From an uncultured Candidatus Saccharibacteria bacterium (GTDB lineage: Bacteria; Patescibacteriota; Minisyncoccia; Phycocordibacterales; PALSA-1337): DNA of 64,000 nt. Where the stretch lies: the NCBI GenBank assembly GCA_964495685.1, contig CAZBVQ010000001.1:39477-103476 (forward strand), in the 5' to 3' direction. Positions within the stretch are counted from its first letter, which is position 1, and each line of letters starts with the position of its first letter. Both the position numbers and the translations under genes were made by a program. Under the pieces are notes generated by a model. The model saw only the letters and a program-made list of their open reading frames with translations. It searched no databases and was not told the origin of the DNA. This document shows, piece by piece, positions 1 to 8,572 of the stretch.

Positions 1-2
1 GA

Positions 3-959
3 CGCTTCAGTATTCGACTTCCGATTGGCGACATCGAAGTCCGTGTGTCTATATTGCCAGGTGCATACAATGAGTCTATTGTGATGCGTCTCCTCAACCC
101 CAAATCAATCGACGTTCCCCTCGAATCTCTAGGCATCAACAAGAAGCTCCTCGACATCCTACTCAAAGAAATCGATCGTCCCGACGGCATGATCCTCACC
201 ACTGGTCCGACCGGTTCTGGTAAGACAACGACACTCTACTCGTTCTTGAAAAAAATCCACGACCCGAAAATCAAAATCATCACCATCGAAGATCCGATCG
301 AGTATCACCTTCCTGGCATCATGCAGACCCAAGTCAACGACAAAGGCTACACCTTCGCCGAGGGCTTACGTGCAACCGTCCGCCAAGACCCCGACATCAT
401 CATGGTCGGTGAAATCCGCGACAATGAGACGGCCGATATCGCCATCAACTCTGCTCTGACTGGTCACCTGGTCTTCTCTACCCTACACACCAACGATGCC
501 GCCGGCACCTTCCCGCGCCTCATAGATCTCGGGGTCAACTCCAAGGTGCTCACCTCCGCCATCCGCGTAGCCATGGCACAACGTCTCGTACGCAAGCTCT
601 GTGATTCATGCAAGAAAGAAGTTGCCATTTCAGGTGCCGACCAGAAAGAGATCGAGGACGCTCTCGCTACCATCGAAGACAAGAGTATCGTACCTGTCGA
701 GCGCACCAAGATGTTCACCGCTGTCGGATGCGAAAAATGTAACAACACCGGTTTCAAGGGTCGTGTTGGTATCTATGAAGCTATTCTGTCTGACAAGAAG
801 ATCGAGGATGCTGTCGAGATGAACCCGAGCGAGCGTGAAATATGGATTGCCGCACAAGGTCAAGGAATATTGACCATGAAACAGGATGGGGTGCTCAAGA
901 TATTGGCGGGCATCACTTCCCTCGAGGAGCTCAAGCGTGTGATTTCGATTACTGATTAA
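3..959 (+). CDS. pilB: GspE/PilB-family type II/IV pilus assembly ATPase, 5' end outside the window
   Basis: Walker A TGPTGSGKTTT, TIEDPIEY Asp box, LRATVRQDPDIIMVGEIRD, ALTGHLVFSTLHTND, and CxxC...CxxC zinc motif. The frame is open upstream of the GTG at 45 (RFSIRLPIGDIEVRVS). Confidence 0.93.
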   Translation, partial: RFSIRLPIGDIEVRVSILPGAYNESIVMRLLNPKSIDVPLESLGINKKLLDILLKEIDRPDGMILTTGPTGSGKTTTLYSFLKKIHDPKIKIITIEDPIEYHLPGIMQTQVNDKGYTFAEGLRATVRQDPDIIMVGEIRDNETADIAINSALTGHLVFSTLHTNDAAGTFPRLIDLGVNSKVLTSAIRVAMAQRLVRKLCDSCKKEVAISGADQKEIEDALATIEDKSIVPVERTKMFTAVGCEKCNNTGFKGRVGIYEAILSDKKIEDAVEMNPSEREIWIAAQGQGILTMKQDGVLKILAGITSLEELKRVISITD

Positions 960-973
960 TACTTATTACTTCC

Positions 974-1297
974 ATGATCGCTCCAATGAACATTTCTGAG
1001 ACCATAAAGCACCTCCAGCAAGAATTACAGAAAGAGACCACCGAGCTACACGATGCGCAAGAAAAACTTCACCTTGCACAAGAAGATGCTCGTGCCAAGG
1101 GCATGGAAATACCCCTTCTTCAGAAGAAAATAGAGGAGGATCGACATCAAATATACGTTGACAATACTGATGCCGACAAATTGAAGCGTCACATCAACGA
1201 GGTGCAGCGAGAAAAACTACGCCATCAGGGTGAATTTACTGATTTACAAAATAAATTGCGTGCCGCCACCAAAGAACACGGCAAACTTTTTCGTTAA
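974..1297 (+). CDS. Hypothetical coiled-coil protein
   Basis: 107-aa ORF with heptad-like Q/E/K/L composition, directly downstream of pilB. Confidence 0.7.
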   Translation: MIAPMNISETIKHLQQELQKETTELHDAQEKLHLAQEDARAKGMEIPLLQKKIEEDRHQIYVDNTDADKLKRHINEVQREKLRHQGEFTDLQNKLRAATKEHGKLFR

Positions 1298-1369
1298 AAC
1301 AGAAAATAATCCCCAGCGTCAATTGCTTTTTGTACGGGGATAGCGGTAGTATGCGATCAGGAGATATAT

Positions 1370-1537
1370 GTTCAAGCACGTAAATCTCTAAGCAATATCT
1401 CGGTGCGTGATGCACCAAGCGAGGTAGAGTCCCGAGGATAATTCCAGTACGCGACGCCGAAGCGTGGCAACCAAAATGTCCTTAGCACTATACCCAAACC
1501 TGGGAAGGCCATTGCTTAGAGGTTTGCGAGCTCGAAC
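1370..1537. repeat. Palindromic element with 27-bp imperfect terminal inverted repeats (MITE-like or structured RNA)
   Basis: GTTCAAGCACGTAAATCTCTAAGCAAT (1370-1396) pairs with ATTGCTTAGAGGTTTGCGAGCTCGAAC (1511-1537). Internal hairpin GGTGCG-TGA-TGCACC. Confidence 0.7.
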
Positions 1538-1644
1538 AATGAAAAACGCGACTCGGGAAGAGTTCGCATTCGAGTTATTGTATTGATAGACTGTACCTAT
1601 GGGCTTCCATAGGTTCGTTGGTATCCTATCACAACCTTATTAAA

Positions 1645-2655
1645 ATGTCAACACCCCCACAAAACTCCCCTACCGAAGACAAAGATGTTGGTTTTCTCGA
1701 CCAAACCCTCCGTCCTGGACGGTGGGCTGAGTATATTGGGCAAAAAAACATCAAGGACAACCTGCATATTTTGCTTACGGCTGCCAAAGAACGCCAACAC
1801 CCACCTGAGCACATCCTTTTTTATGGACCCCCAGGCCTCGGCAAGACCACCTTGGCACATCTCATCGCCAAGGAAACAGGGGCTCAAATGAAGGTTACGT
1901 CTGGGCCCGCTATTCTCAAGGTGGGCGACCTGGCTTCTATTGTTACCAACTTGTCGGCTGGCGACATTCTGTTCATTGACGAAATACACCGTCTGAACAA
2001 AGCTATCGAGGAAGTACTCTATCCTGCCATGGAGTCAGGGACGCTCGATATTATCATAGGCAAAGGGCCATCGGCAAGAACTATCCAGCTCGACCTTCCC
2101 CCATTCACGCTCATAGCCGCCACGACGCGTATAGCTATGATTTCTTCACCTTTGCGTTCTCGTTTCTCTGGTGGTGTATTCAAGCTCGAGTTCTATACCA
2201 ACAAAGAGATCGCCGAGATCATCAAGCGCTCCGCCACCATTCTTGGCATCGACATACACGATGACGCTGTCACTGAGATCGCCGTACGTTCACGATTCAC
2301 CCCTCGTACCGCCAACTATCACCTCAAGAGGTGTCGAGATTATGCACAGATAAATAAGACGGTGCTTACAAAAGATATCGTCGAGAAGGCGCTCACCATG
2401 CTCGGTGTCGACGTCCTAGGTCTGACTTCTGCTGACCGTGAGATATTGAAGGTGATTATCGATAAGTTCGGTGGTGGACCTGTGGGCTTGAATACGATCG
2501 CCGCAGCTCTATCTGAAGAACAGGCGACTATTGAAGAGGTGTATGAGCCGTATTTGATTCAGCTCGGCCTCTTGGAGCGCACTCCTCGCGGTCGTATTGC
2601 CACAGACAAGGCGTATGCGCATTTGGACATGAAAGGGGTCGGAAAGCTGTTGTAA
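1645..2655 (+). CDS. ruvB: Holliday junction branch migration helicase RuvB
   Basis: LRP..W.EYIGQ, GPPGLGKTTLA, ILFIDEIHRL, PLRSRF and ERTPRGR motifs. Start taken as ATG 1645. Confidence 0.98.
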   Translation: MSTPPQNSPTEDKDVGFLDQTLRPGRWAEYIGQKNIKDNLHILLTAAKERQHPPEHILFYGPPGLGKTTLAHLIAKETGAQMKVTSGPAILKVGDLASIVTNLSAGDILFIDEIHRLNKAIEEVLYPAMESGTLDIIIGKGPSARTIQLDLPPFTLIAATTRIAMISSPLRSRFSGGVFKLEFYTNKEIAEIIKRSATILGIDIHDDAVTEIAVRSRFTPRTANYHLKRCRDYAQINKTVLTKDIVEKALTMLGVDVLGLTSADREILKVIIDKFGGGPVGLNTIAAALSEEQATIEEVYEPYLIQLGLLERTPRGRIATDKAYAHLDMKGVGKLL

Positions 2656-2714
2656 GTGATAAATTCAAATAGAAAGTGTATAGTTAGTTTATATTTATTA
2701 ATCAAACCAATCCC

Positions 2715-3245
2715 ATGTCCGGTCACAACAAATATTCGAAAATAAAGCACGTCAAAGCGAAGAACGACGCCCAGAAGAGCAAGTCTTTCGGCAAACTCGT
2801 GCGCCTCATCACTGTTGAGGCCAAGAAAGCAAAAGGTGTCCTCACTTCGCCCGGCCTCGTCGCCGCCATCGAGAAGGCTCGTGGTGAAAATATGCCAAAT
2901 GACACCATCGATCGTGCCGTCAAGAAGGCGACCACCGACAATTCCGCCGACATGGAATCAATCATCTATGAATCATACGGCCCCGGTGGCGTAGCGATAC
3001 TCATCGAAGCCCTCACCGACAACCGCAACAAAGCGGCACAAGAGATCAAACACATTCTTTCAAAGAACGGCTTTGAGCTCGCCTCCCCTGGTAGTGCATC
3101 ATGGGCTTTCAAGAAAGAAGGTCATGCATGGAACCCCACATCGACCATGCCCCTAGAAGATGCGGATATTGAGCTGCTCTCAAAGTTGGTCGAGGAACTA
3201 GAAGAAAATGACGAGGTGCAGTCTGTGTACACGAACGCTGAATAA
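2715..3245 (+). CDS. yebC: YebC/PmpR-family protein (short 176-aa form)
   Basis: MSGHNKYSKIKHVK, YESYGPGGVAILIEALTDNRNK and ELEENDEVQSVYTN. Confidence 0.95.
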   Translation: MSGHNKYSKIKHVKAKNDAQKSKSFGKLVRLITVEAKKAKGVLTSPGLVAAIEKARGENMPNDTIDRAVKKATTDNSADMESIIYESYGPGGVAILIEALTDNRNKAAQEIKHILSKNGFELASPGSASWAFKKEGHAWNPTSTMPLEDADIELLSKLVEELEENDEVQSVYTNAE

Positions 3246-3250
3246 TATCT

Positions 3251-3550
3251 TTACTCCTCCCACCTGTCCCCGAACGGATTGATCTCCTCTCCATCCAAGC
3301 TCACCTCATCGGAGAGCTCGTCTTCTTCTGCGGAACCCAACAGGGGGTCTACTTCTGTTTTATCTTCAACTCCTACATCAGCTTCCGGCTCATCGATCTC
3401 GATCGGCTTCTTCACTTTACTAGGAATGACGTCGGTTTCCTTCTCTTCATGCTCGACCTCTTCTTCGACATGTTGCTCTTCTGTAGCCGGAGCAACCTTC
3501 TTCTTGGATTTTACTGTTTTGGGTGCAGTTTTCTTGGTGGCCGTTACCAT
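3251..3550 (-). CDS. Small acidic hypothetical protein
   Basis: K-rich N-terminus and E/D-rich disordered body ending INPFGDRWEE. Confidence 0.7.
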   Translation of the reverse strand: MVTATKKTAPKTVKSKKKVAPATEEQHVEEEVEHEEKETDVIPSKVKKPIEIDEPEADVGVEDKTEVDPLLGSAEEDELSDEVSLDGEEINPFGDRWEE

Positions 3551-3627
3551 GTTCGTCAATAATTAATTTCTATGCAGACAGTTGTAACAAAGATGTTGCC
3601 ATTTGGCAACAAACTTCCCCTGTGGAC

Positions 3628-3682
3628 AACCCGCGAGCATGCGAGCGGAGCCGTCCTCGTATGAGGGCAACCCACGAGCATG
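3628..3682. repeat. REP-like repeat AACCCGCGAGCATGCGAGCGGAGC plus small hairpin
   Basis: Same architecture as the two units at 38905-38991. Confidence 0.55.
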
Positions 3683-3684
3683 TC

Positions 3685-3775
3685 CCCCCACAACACAATC
3701 TCCCCCTGACAAGCCGAAAATGTAGCCAGCGATCAGAGCTTTGAGGCTTGGAAGGGGTGAATTATGTTGTGGGGG
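3685..3775. repeat. Hairpin element copy 1 (conserved ~52-nt core inside a variable stem)
   Basis: Core CTGACAAGCCGAAAATGTAGCCAGCGATCAGAGCTTTGAGGCTTGGAAGGG is the reverse complement of the core at 6888-6938 with 1 mismatch. Stem CCCCCACAACACAAT/ATTATGTTGTGGGGG. Confidence 0.85.
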
Positions 3776-3792
3776 TGCCTATTGATAATCCC

Positions 3793-4272
3793 CTATCGCA
3801 TACATGCGCTGTGAGTAATGGCCGCCGCAATCGCATCATACTCATCGTCGACTGTTTTCTTGATTGGCAACGACACAAGCAGTTTGACCATTTTGATCAT
3901 CCGCTCTTTGTCGCTCGTACCATCGCTTGTTATGGCGACTTTTATTTGCATCGGTGTATATTCATAGATAGCGACATTCCGCCTGATCGCTTCAGCAAGA
4001 ATGACGCCGCGTGCTTCCGCTACCCGCATAGCTGTTTTTTGGTTCTTGGTTATGAAAAGTGTCTCTATCGATAACGCCTCGGGCTTGAATTCATCCAACA
4101 CTCGACCAACCTCATTCGAAATGAGTCCGAATCGTTTGTAGATGCTATCTTTGGGCGAAGTTTGGAAACAGTTTGAATAGAGGACACACTCCTTACCTGG
4201 AGCAGTGCGCTCGATAACCGCTATACCGAGACGATCATATCCTGGGTCGATGCCGATAATACAGGTAGCCAT
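3793..4272 (-). CDS. ruvC: Crossover junction endodeoxyribonuclease RuvC
   Basis: IIGIDPGYDRLG, IETLF, AEARGVI, EYTPMQIK and DDEYDAIAAAITH. Start at ATG 4272. Confidence 0.96.
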   Translation of the reverse strand: MATCIIGIDPGYDRLGIAVIERTAPGKECVLYSNCFQTSPKDSIYKRFGLISNEVGRVLDEFKPEALSIETLFITKNQKTAMRVAEARGVILAEAIRRNVAIYEYTPMQIKVAITSDGTSDKERMIKMVKLLVSLPIKKTVDDEYDAIAAAITHSACMR

Positions 4273-4323
4273 ATGTGCATTATATATGATATCGTCAGCC
4301 GATAATACGCTATAATAGAAGCC

Positions 4324-6852
4324 ATGTCGCACCATCGCAAAAAGCACCGACACGTCAAACGCCTCGTTGCACTCCTCTTTTCGCTCGGATTCATCTGTCT
4401 GGGTATTATTGCTTTGTGGGTCGCCACCCTCAAAATGCCCGACTTGACCTCATTCCAAAATCGCAAAGTCGTCGAATCTACCAAAATTTATGATCGTACT
4501 GGGGAAATACTTCTTTATGATACAGGCAAAGATGCCAAGCGCACCGCGGTAGCACTCGATCAGATTTCACCCCTCATACAGACGGCAACCATTGCCATAG
4601 AAGACTCTGATTTCTATACCAACATCGGCATTGAACCAAAATCAATCGCTCGCGCCATTCTTGCCAACCTTACTACAGGAGGATATGGCCAAGGTGCATC
4701 TACAATTACCCAGCAGGTAGTCAAAAACTCTCTTCTCACCACAGACAAAACCATAACCCGCAAAATCAAAGAATGGGTCATCGCCATCAAACTCACTCGC
4801 GTTATGCCCAAGAAAGACATCCTCGAGACGTATCTCAACGACACTTCATACGGCGGGACGATCTTCGGTGTCGAAGAGGCCAGTCGCGCATTCTTCGGCA
4901 AACCCGCCAAGGACGTATCTCTCGCCGAGGCGGCTTATCTCGCCGCAATCCCCCAGGCACCCACGTACTATTCACCTTACGGGACGCATCGTGAGGCACT
5001 CGACAATCGCCACAAACTGGTACTACAGCGCATGAAAGACCTGAACAAAATAACTTCATCAGAGTATGACGCCGCAGTCAAAGAAAAAGTTCAGTTCCTT
5101 TCGAAAAATGACTCTTCCATTCGTGCCCCCCATTTCGTTATGTACGTCAAAGATGCGTTGACGCAAAAATACGGTGAGGACGCCGTTTTGAGTGGTGGAT
5201 TGCGGGTTATTACCACTCTCGATTTCGGTATGCAACAAAAAGCCGAAGAGGTGATCACCACATTTGCCCCTTCACTCGAGAATAATTTCAATGCAAGTAA
5301 TACCGCCATGGTCGCCATCGACCCCAAAACTGGCGACATTCTCACCATGGTTGGTTCTCGAGATTATTTCAGCAACAAAATAGAAGGAAACTTCAATATC
5401 ACTCTCGCACGACGTCAGCCCGGCTCGACATTCAAGCCCTTCGTATATGCGACAGCATTCAAAAAAGGCTACACCCCCGAAACTGTCCTGTTTGATGTTC
5501 CCACACAGTTCTCACAATACTGTAACCCTGATGGTAAGCCGAAAAAAGAAACTGATGACCCAGAGAAGGTCTGCTACTCACCTGACGAATACGACCACGA
5601 ATTTCCTGGCCCTATGAGCATACGTGAAGCCCTAGCGCACTCCCGCAACATTCCCGCCGTCAAAACCCTATACCTGGCCGGCCTTCGAGACTCTCTGCAA
5701 ACCGCCGAAGACATGGGTATCACTGGCCTAGATGACCCAAATAGATATGGTCTCACCCTGGTTCTTGGTGGAGGTGAGGTGTCTCTTCTTGAGCTCACCA
5801 GCGCATATGGCGTCTTCGCACATGATGGTCTGCGCAATCCGTACCGATCAATCCTCCGTGTTGAAGATGGTCGTGGTACCGTTCTGGAAAGTGCCCCCCT
5901 TCCTTCCCCTGCACAAGCACTGCAACCTGAGATCGCTCGACAAATCACCAGCATTCTCTCTGACACCTCTGTGCGCATGGACAGTCTCAAGCCCATTGGC
6001 GACAGTATTGGCCGTCCCGTAGCAATCAAAACTGGTACCACCAACGATTATCGTGATGTGTGGGCAGTAGGATATACACCCAACTTAGTTGTTGGTGCTT
6101 GGGCTGGCAAGAACGACAACACCCCTATGCAGCACAATGTTGCGGGTCTTATAATCGCCCCCGTTTGGGGCGCCTTCATGTCTCAGGTCGCCCAGAGCTT
6201 CCCTCTAGAAAGTTTCCAGTCTCCTCCACCCCCACTCTCAGACAACAAACCTGTGCTTCGTGGTGTGTGGCAAGGTGGTGAATCATATTGGAAAGACAGT
6301 GTTTCTGGTAAGTTGGCGACGGAATATACCCCCGCAGAAACAAGAAAAGAGGTGGTGTTCAATAATGTTCACTCAATTCTTCACTGGGTAAACAAAGACG
6401 ACCCACGCGGTCCTGCCCCAACAGATCCGAAACGAGATTCTCAGTATGATTATTGGGAGTATGGGGTACGTACATGGTTCGACACCTACCAAAAAAACCA
6501 TTCTGAGTTCAAAGAGACATCTTCCATATCGATACCCACCCAAAGTGATGATGTACACGTACCAGGCAAGTTGCCTACTATTTCTTTTGCCTCACCTTCC
6601 GCAGGAACCAGTATAGGAACCCACGACAACTTGAACATACACCTTCAATTATCTGGTGCATATCCAGTGCAAAAAACCGAGGTGTATCTCAACGGTAAGT
6701 ATGTCCTTACCTCTGAGCGAGACCCTCTCAATATTTCATTCTTCCCTTCTGATGTCGGAGTCGTTTCAGAAAACAACACTCTGTCTGTGCGGGTATATGA
6801 CAGTGTATTCAATAAAGTAACCGCTTCGACCACATTCTCAGTGCGACAATAG
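4324..6852 (+). CDS. Class A penicillin-binding protein (transglycosylase/transpeptidase, PBP1A family)
   Basis: N-terminal TM helix, IAIEDSDFY, GASTITQQVVKN, RKIKE, QPGSTFKPF (SxxK), SRN, KTGTT and a C-terminal Ig-like region. Confidence 0.96.
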   Translation: MSHHRKKHRHVKRLVALLFSLGFICLGIIALWVATLKMPDLTSFQNRKVVESTKIYDRTGEILLYDTGKDAKRTAVALDQISPLIQTATIAIEDSDFYTNIGIEPKSIARAILANLTTGGYGQGASTITQQVVKNSLLTTDKTITRKIKEWVIAIKLTRVMPKKDILETYLNDTSYGGTIFGVEEASRAFFGKPAKDVSLAEAAYLAAIPQAPTYYSPYGTHREALDNRHKLVLQRMKDLNKITSSEYDAAVKEKVQFLSKNDSSIRAPHFVMYVKDALTQKYGEDAVLSGGLRVITTLDFGMQQKAEEVITTFAPSLENNFNASNTAMVAIDPKTGDILTMVGSRDYFSNKIEGNFNITLARRQPGSTFKPFVYATAFKKGYTPETVLFDVPTQFSQYCNPDGKPKKETDDPEKVCYSPDEYDHEFPGPMSIREALAHSRNIPAVKTLYLAGLRDSLQTAEDMGITGLDDPNRYGLTLVLGGGEVSLLELTSAYGVFAHDGLRNPYRSILRVEDGRGTVLESAPLPSPAQALQPEIARQITSILSDTSVRMDSLKPIGDSIGRPVAIKTGTTNDYRDVWAVGYTPNLVVGAWAGKNDNTPMQHNVAGLIIAPVWGAFMSQVAQSFPLESFQSPPPPLSDNKPVLRGVWQGGESYWKDSVSGKLATEYTPAETRKEVVFNNVHSILHWVNKDDPRGPAPTDPKRDSQYDYWEYGVRTWFDTYQKNHSEFKETSSISIPTQSDDVHVPGKLPTISFASPSAGTSIGTHDNLNIHLQLSGAYPVQKTEVYLNGKYVLTSERDPLNISFFPSDVGVVSENNTLSVRVYDSVFNKVTASTTFSVRQ

Positions 6853-6865
6853 TTGTATGGGTATG

Positions 6866-6960
6866 TCCCTTCACACTATAATTCCTCCCTTCCAAGCCTC
6901 AAAGCGCTGATCGCTGGCTACATTTTCGGCTTGTCAGAGAGGAATTATAGTGTGAAGGGA
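6866..6960. repeat. Hairpin element copy 2, between convergent genes
   Basis: Perfect 22-bp stem TCCCTTCACACTATAATTCCTC/GAGGAATTATAGTGTGAAGGGA around the same core as 3685-3775. Confidence 0.9.
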
Positions 6961-6978
6961 TGTGTTCTTACCACCCCA

Positions 6979-7230
6979 TCACTTAATATGTGTTATCACC
7001 ACGTTCTGTTGTTGTGTGTTAATGTCCCTCAAAATTAACGTTCTTTTGATGAATAGTTGTGACTTGAGTGCCGCTGGAACATTTCGCGTCACTATCTCTC
7101 CCGCTTTACGTTCGAACATCACTGTGGCCCCTGTGTGTTTCTCGATAACCTGTTGAATCAGTGCGTGCAAAAAGGCCTCCTGGCCGTGCTTATTTTGTAT
7201 CCGCTTGAAAAATTGTCCTATGTTGAGCAT
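6979..7230 (-). CDS. Small protein downstream of dnaN, possibly DciA/DUF721-like
   Basis: 83 aa, coupled to dnaN. C-terminal pattern G.IV....PAALKSQLF.....IL..IN......I..I resembles the DciA KH-like domain. Confidence 0.6.
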   Translation of the reverse strand: MLNIGQFFKRIQNKHGQEAFLHALIQQVIEKHTGATVMFERKAGEIVTRNVPAALKSQLFIKRTLILRDINTQQQNVVITHIK

Positions 7231-7235
7231 GGTCC

Positions 7236-8342
7236 TTACCTGTTCATTGGCATAACAAGATAGAGAAACGTCTGGTCTCCCGATACAGGCTTGATTATCA
7301 CCGGCCTATTGAGTCCGTTGAGTTGCAAACTGACACTGTCTGCGTGTATGGACTGAAACCCATCGATAAGGTATTTGTAATTGAAATTGATCTCCATTTT
7401 CTCACCAGTAAGTGCCGCATCAATATTGGTTTCATTCTCACCAATATCACTGTTTTTTGTTTGTATCTCGAACACTTTCCCTTTTGGGTCTATAGTGAGA
7501 TGAACTTGATTGAATTTGTCCGAAAAGATGTTGGATATTTTGAGCGCGTTCAGAATATCTTGCTTGAGCGCCACAACCTCAGTTGTGGCTGATTTGGGGA
7601 TGATCTGTCTATAGTCAGGAAACACTCCATCAATAACTCGGGATACGATGTACGTGTCTTCATTCTCGAACGTGATGAGGTTCTTATTTGAATTAACCGT
7701 AGCTGTATTTTGGAAGCTACCAAGTACCCGAATAATGTCTTGGGTGTTTTTGTACGGTATCAAAACGTCATGTAGTTTGTTTGTGCTTGCTGTTTTGATC
7801 TTTTTTTCTGCAAGGCGGAATGAGTCTGTGGCCACAAACGTCAGATATTCCCCGTCTTTGTATATATACACACTAGAAAGCTCTGGTTTGACGCTTGAGA
7901 TAGCGGCACTATAGAAGACCGCGGTAAGTCCCTGTATCAGGTCTTCTGGTGACATGGTGTATTTCTGACCATCTTGGATTTTTGGGATGCTTGGGAAATC
8001 TTCTGGGGGTACTGTTTTTATGACCCCTTTTGATTTTGTTGTTTTTATATGAAGATTCCCCGAAACAAGCTCAAGAATAACTGTTTGACTCTGTTCTTGC
8101 ACTTGAGACAAGAATGATGCCAGAGTTTGCGCGGGCACAGCGACAACGCCTTGAGCATCTGTTTTTGCAGGAATAGTAACCTCTACACCCACATCAAGGT
8201 TGGTCGCTTTGAGTGTAATAGTGTTTTTCCCCACTTCTATGAGGATACAAGCGAGAACTGGTAGTGTTTGGTGCTTACTCGCAACACGATCCACTAGGCC
8301 GACGGCATCTTTGAGTTTTTTGAGGTTGAGTTCGATCTTCAT
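7236..8342 (-). CDS. dnaN: DNA polymerase III beta clamp
   Basis: LKATNLD, FVATDSFRLAE, SRVIDGVFPDY, FNYKYLID and YLVMPM. Confidence 0.98.
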   Translation of the reverse strand: MKIELNLKKLKDAVGLVDRVASKHQTLPVLACILIEVGKNTITLKATNLDVGVEVTIPAKTDAQGVVAVPAQTLASFLSQVQEQSQTVILELVSGNLHIKTTKSKGVIKTVPPEDFPSIPKIQDGQKYTMSPEDLIQGLTAVFYSAAISSVKPELSSVYIYKDGEYLTFVATDSFRLAEKKIKTASTNKLHDVLIPYKNTQDIIRVLGSFQNTATVNSNKNLITFENEDTYIVSRVIDGVFPDYRQIIPKSATTEVVALKQDILNALKISNIFSDKFNQVHLTIDPKGKVFEIQTKNSDIGENETNIDAALTGEKMEINFNYKYLIDGFQSIHADSVSLQLNGLNRPVIIKPVSGDQTFLYLVMPMNR

Positions 8343-8572
8343 ATAAGATGTGTTTTTATTTGAATAAGCAAACCTATCATCATTAAGACTGTGGATATGT
8401 TGAAAACTTAATATATATCAACAAATCCAAAAGGTTTTATGAGAACCAACACACAGATTATATGGTAACAAGCAGGGACAACATTCTTTACTTATAACCT
8501 ATGTGTATAAAACAACAAGTTACCCACACACATATCAACGAAACCCACACGCTACCCACAGGATTATCCCCA
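8343..8572. other. oriC: Replication origin oriC (DnaA boxes and AT-rich region) between dnaA and dnaN
   Basis: DnaA-box matches TGTGGATAT 8390, TGTTGAAAA 8398, ATATCAACA 8415, TGTGTATAA 8502, TTACCCACA 8520, CTACCCACA 8552 and TTATCCCCA 8564. Confidence 0.85.

Noticed and set aside
2715-3245. yebC as a pseudogene because it is short
   Set aside because: Both terminal motifs are intact, so it is an internally shortened but complete form
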